Positions 62,212 through 64,000 of a stretch of DNA of 64,000 nt are shown here, one piece after another. The notes beneath the pieces were generated by a model. The model ran no database searches and had not been told where the DNA came from. It worked only from the letters and a program-made list of their open reading frames with translations. Source of the stretch: Spirochaetia bacterium (GTDB taxonomy: Bacteria > Spirochaetota > Spirochaetia > DSM-2461); contig OY764216.1 in assembly GCA_963668315.1 (NCBI GenBank), positions 1,376,001-1,440,000 of the forward strand, in the 5' to 3' direction. How positions within the stretch are numbered: the first letter of the stretch is position 1; the number at the start of each line of letters is the position of its first letter. A program made the position numbers and the translations under genes.

Positions 62212-62967
62212 TTATTCTGCATCAATTGTCGCAGTAATCGTATAAATCATATCGTCATAACTTCCGCCCGTATCCGCTAAATACTGCGGTTCCGGGACCC
62301 AGACATAGGCGGCATCCGCCTCCGTTGAAAAATAGGAAAAGGATGGGGGGAATTGAGTTAGATCGGGGGACTGATCATAACCCGCGGTGGTGTTAACCGT
62401 TCCATTGCACATCCATCCGGTAAGAGAGAGGGGATATTCCGACTGCAGGTTGTCCAGGTCAATGAGAGGTGATTTATAGAGCATCGCGGGCCTGTCTTTC
62501 GGAAAATAGGTATTATTGTTAAAAGATCTGTCTACCTCAAAGAGAATATAAAATTTACTATTCGATGAAGTGTCAAAATAAGGGGATCTCGAGACGGTAA
62601 AATCACCGTCTTCGGTTGGCGCGGTTACGGCATCGATCTCGCCTTTGTCCATACCGCCCGTTGAATAATCGAGATCATTTATCGCGCCGCCGTCAGTTCT
62701 GTTCCAGATGGGCAATGCGCAGCCCGATACCCCGAAATGAAATGATGAAAGACGGAGAGGCTGAAGGGTAAGTCCATTTTCATCTTCTATCCAGCAGGCG
62801 TAGGCTATGGAACGGTTGTCCGGGGCGCCCCAGTCATGACTGCTGACGCTGACATTGATTGATGTTACAGCGGAATCTGATGAAACCGGCGAAGAAACGG
62901 GACACCCCATTGATAAAAAAAACACTGTACAAAATATGCCTATTTTGAAAACATAACCTATTTTCAT
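62212..62967 (-). CDS. Lipoprotein, DUF2271-like
   Basis: Lipobox SMG-C; ACWIEDENG..LPIW..DAVTAPT. Confidence 0.6.
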   Translation of the reverse strand: MKIGYVFKIGIFCTVFFLSMGCPVSSPVSSDSAVTSINVSVSSHDWGAPDNRSIAYACWIEDENGLTLQPLRLSSFHFGVSGCALPIWNRTDGGAINDLDYSTGGMDKGEIDAVTAPTEDGDFTVSRSPYFDTSSNSKFYILFEVDRSFNNNTYFPKDRPAMLYKSPLIDLDNLQSEYPLSLTGWMCNGTVNTTAGYDQSPDLTQFPPSFSYFSTEADAAYVWVPEPQYLADTGGSYDDMIYTITATIDAE

Positions 62968-63061
62968 TTCATTCTCTCCTGAGTTCTGAATAAATAACGT
63001 CTGTATAATTTACCGCAGCCCTGGAAAAATTACCCGCCATAACCTAAATCTTCCTGTTATT

Positions 63062-63101
63062 GAACGTTTCTATTGACAAGAACGTTTCGCGGGTGTATGT
63101 T
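63062..63101 (+). promoter_or_regulatory. Sigma70 promoter of trpE flanked by repeated GAACGTTTC
   Basis: TTGACA-17-TATGTT; GAACGTTTC at 63062 and 63080. Confidence 0.55.
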
Positions 63102-63163
63102 TCTTTGTATAGTATCGTATCTTTGAATAGAAACATAGGCTGTCCGGTCTGAAAGGAAGGAAT

Positions 63164-64000
63164 ATGGAATACAGGATCAAGGAAATAAGGGGTGAGGGAT
63201 TCACTCCCTTCGCTCTCGCGAAGAAATTAAATGCCCCGGTAATATTGGAGTCGACATCTCTGGATCAGGGTAAGGCCCGCTATTCCCTTCTTTTAGTGGA
63301 AGAGGCTTTCCGGGTGGTTCAGGAAGGTCCTGGAGACTTCCTCATCCAATCGGGCCGCAGCTGGGAAAGACGAAAGGAAGAGGGGAAGGATCTGCTGCAT
63401 ATTCTGGAAGAGTACAGCGCTCCCTTTAAGGATGTGGAAACGGATTTTCCCTTTCCCGCCGGGGGAATCGGCTATCTATCCTATGAGTTTTCCCGTTTCT
63501 GCGATAAAATCCGCTTCCCCGAAGCGGCTGTTAACCAGGGACCGGCAGGAGTATTCCTTTTTGGTCATATTTTTCTTATCTATGACCATTTTACCGATAT
63601 GATCCATCTTGTGGGGCTCAATTATCAGGATAAGTGTATTGACCTGGAAGTAGCGCTGGACAGAGTGGAAAAGCGGATTTTCGACATGGATTTCAATTAT
63701 CTGAATGGAGAGAACCGGGAGTATACCGCCAAGGTTGTCTCACCTTCCAATGAGAAAGAGAGATATATGGAGAAGGTGGAGAAACTGAAGGAGGAGATTA
63801 TCAAGGGTAATCTTCTGCAGGCCGTACCTTCCCGCCGTCTGGAGATCGAGACGGATCAGCCCGCTATTGAAGCCTACCGGAATCTTCGGTCATCCAACCC
63901 GTCGCCCTATCTGTTTTATTTCAATTTCGGCGATTACCAGCTCTTCGGCTCCTCCCCTGAAGTTCATGTCAAATCGGACGGAAGGGATGTTATCATTAAA
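63164..64000 (+). CDS. trpE: Anthranilate synthase component I (partial, runs off the window end)
   Basis: My translation: MEYRIKEIRGEGFTPF..ILES..ARYS..GGIGYLSYE..YRNLRSSNPSPYLFY..GSSPE; GGAAGGA RBS; PabB not excluded. Confidence 0.85.
   Translation, partial: MEYRIKEIRGEGFTPFALAKKLNAPVILESTSLDQGKARYSLLLVEEAFRVVQEGPGDFLIQSGRSWERRKEEGKDLLHILEEYSAPFKDVETDFPFPAGGIGYLSYEFSRFCDKIRFPEAAVNQGPAGVFLFGHIFLIYDHFTDMIHLVGLNYQDKCIDLEVALDRVEKRIFDMDFNYLNGENREYTAKVVSPSNEKERYMEKVEKLKEEIIKGNLLQAVPSRRLEIETDQPAIEAYRNLRSSNPSPYLFYFNFGDYQLFGSSPEVHVKSDGRDVIIK

Overview
Gene-dense bacterial chromosomal window with about 60 CDS. I saw no rRNA, tRNA, CRISPR array or mobile element. The host is probably a free-living spirochaete, inferred from spirochaete-style lipoboxes, LPP20/TRL/LA_2272-like proteins and FabV/Ter. 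Housekeeping blocks are the divergent fabH-G-F-Z-V / accB-C-D-A cluster, grpE-dnaK-dnaJ, aroC, argH and a partial trpE. The most notable accessory element is an operon of beta-barrel-like protein, ECF sigma, membrane anti-sigma and exported caspase-family protease. A T-R-x-[K/R]-G motif occurs twice in that protease and once just outside the anti-sigma TM helix, suggesting protease-triggered trans-envelope signalling. Other accessory content: two MerR + flavinylated lipoprotein reductase modules with 19-bp-spacer MerR promoters; a NikR-like regulator with altered ligands and a 28-bp operator ahead of a FecCD-type ABC importer; a PLP enzyme + DUF1611 + epimerase operon; c-di-GMP genes; an LPP20 lipoprotein trio; a J-like/LRR protein; a clostripain locus; and several apparently leaderless genes. 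All family calls come from motif recognition by eye, not database searches.
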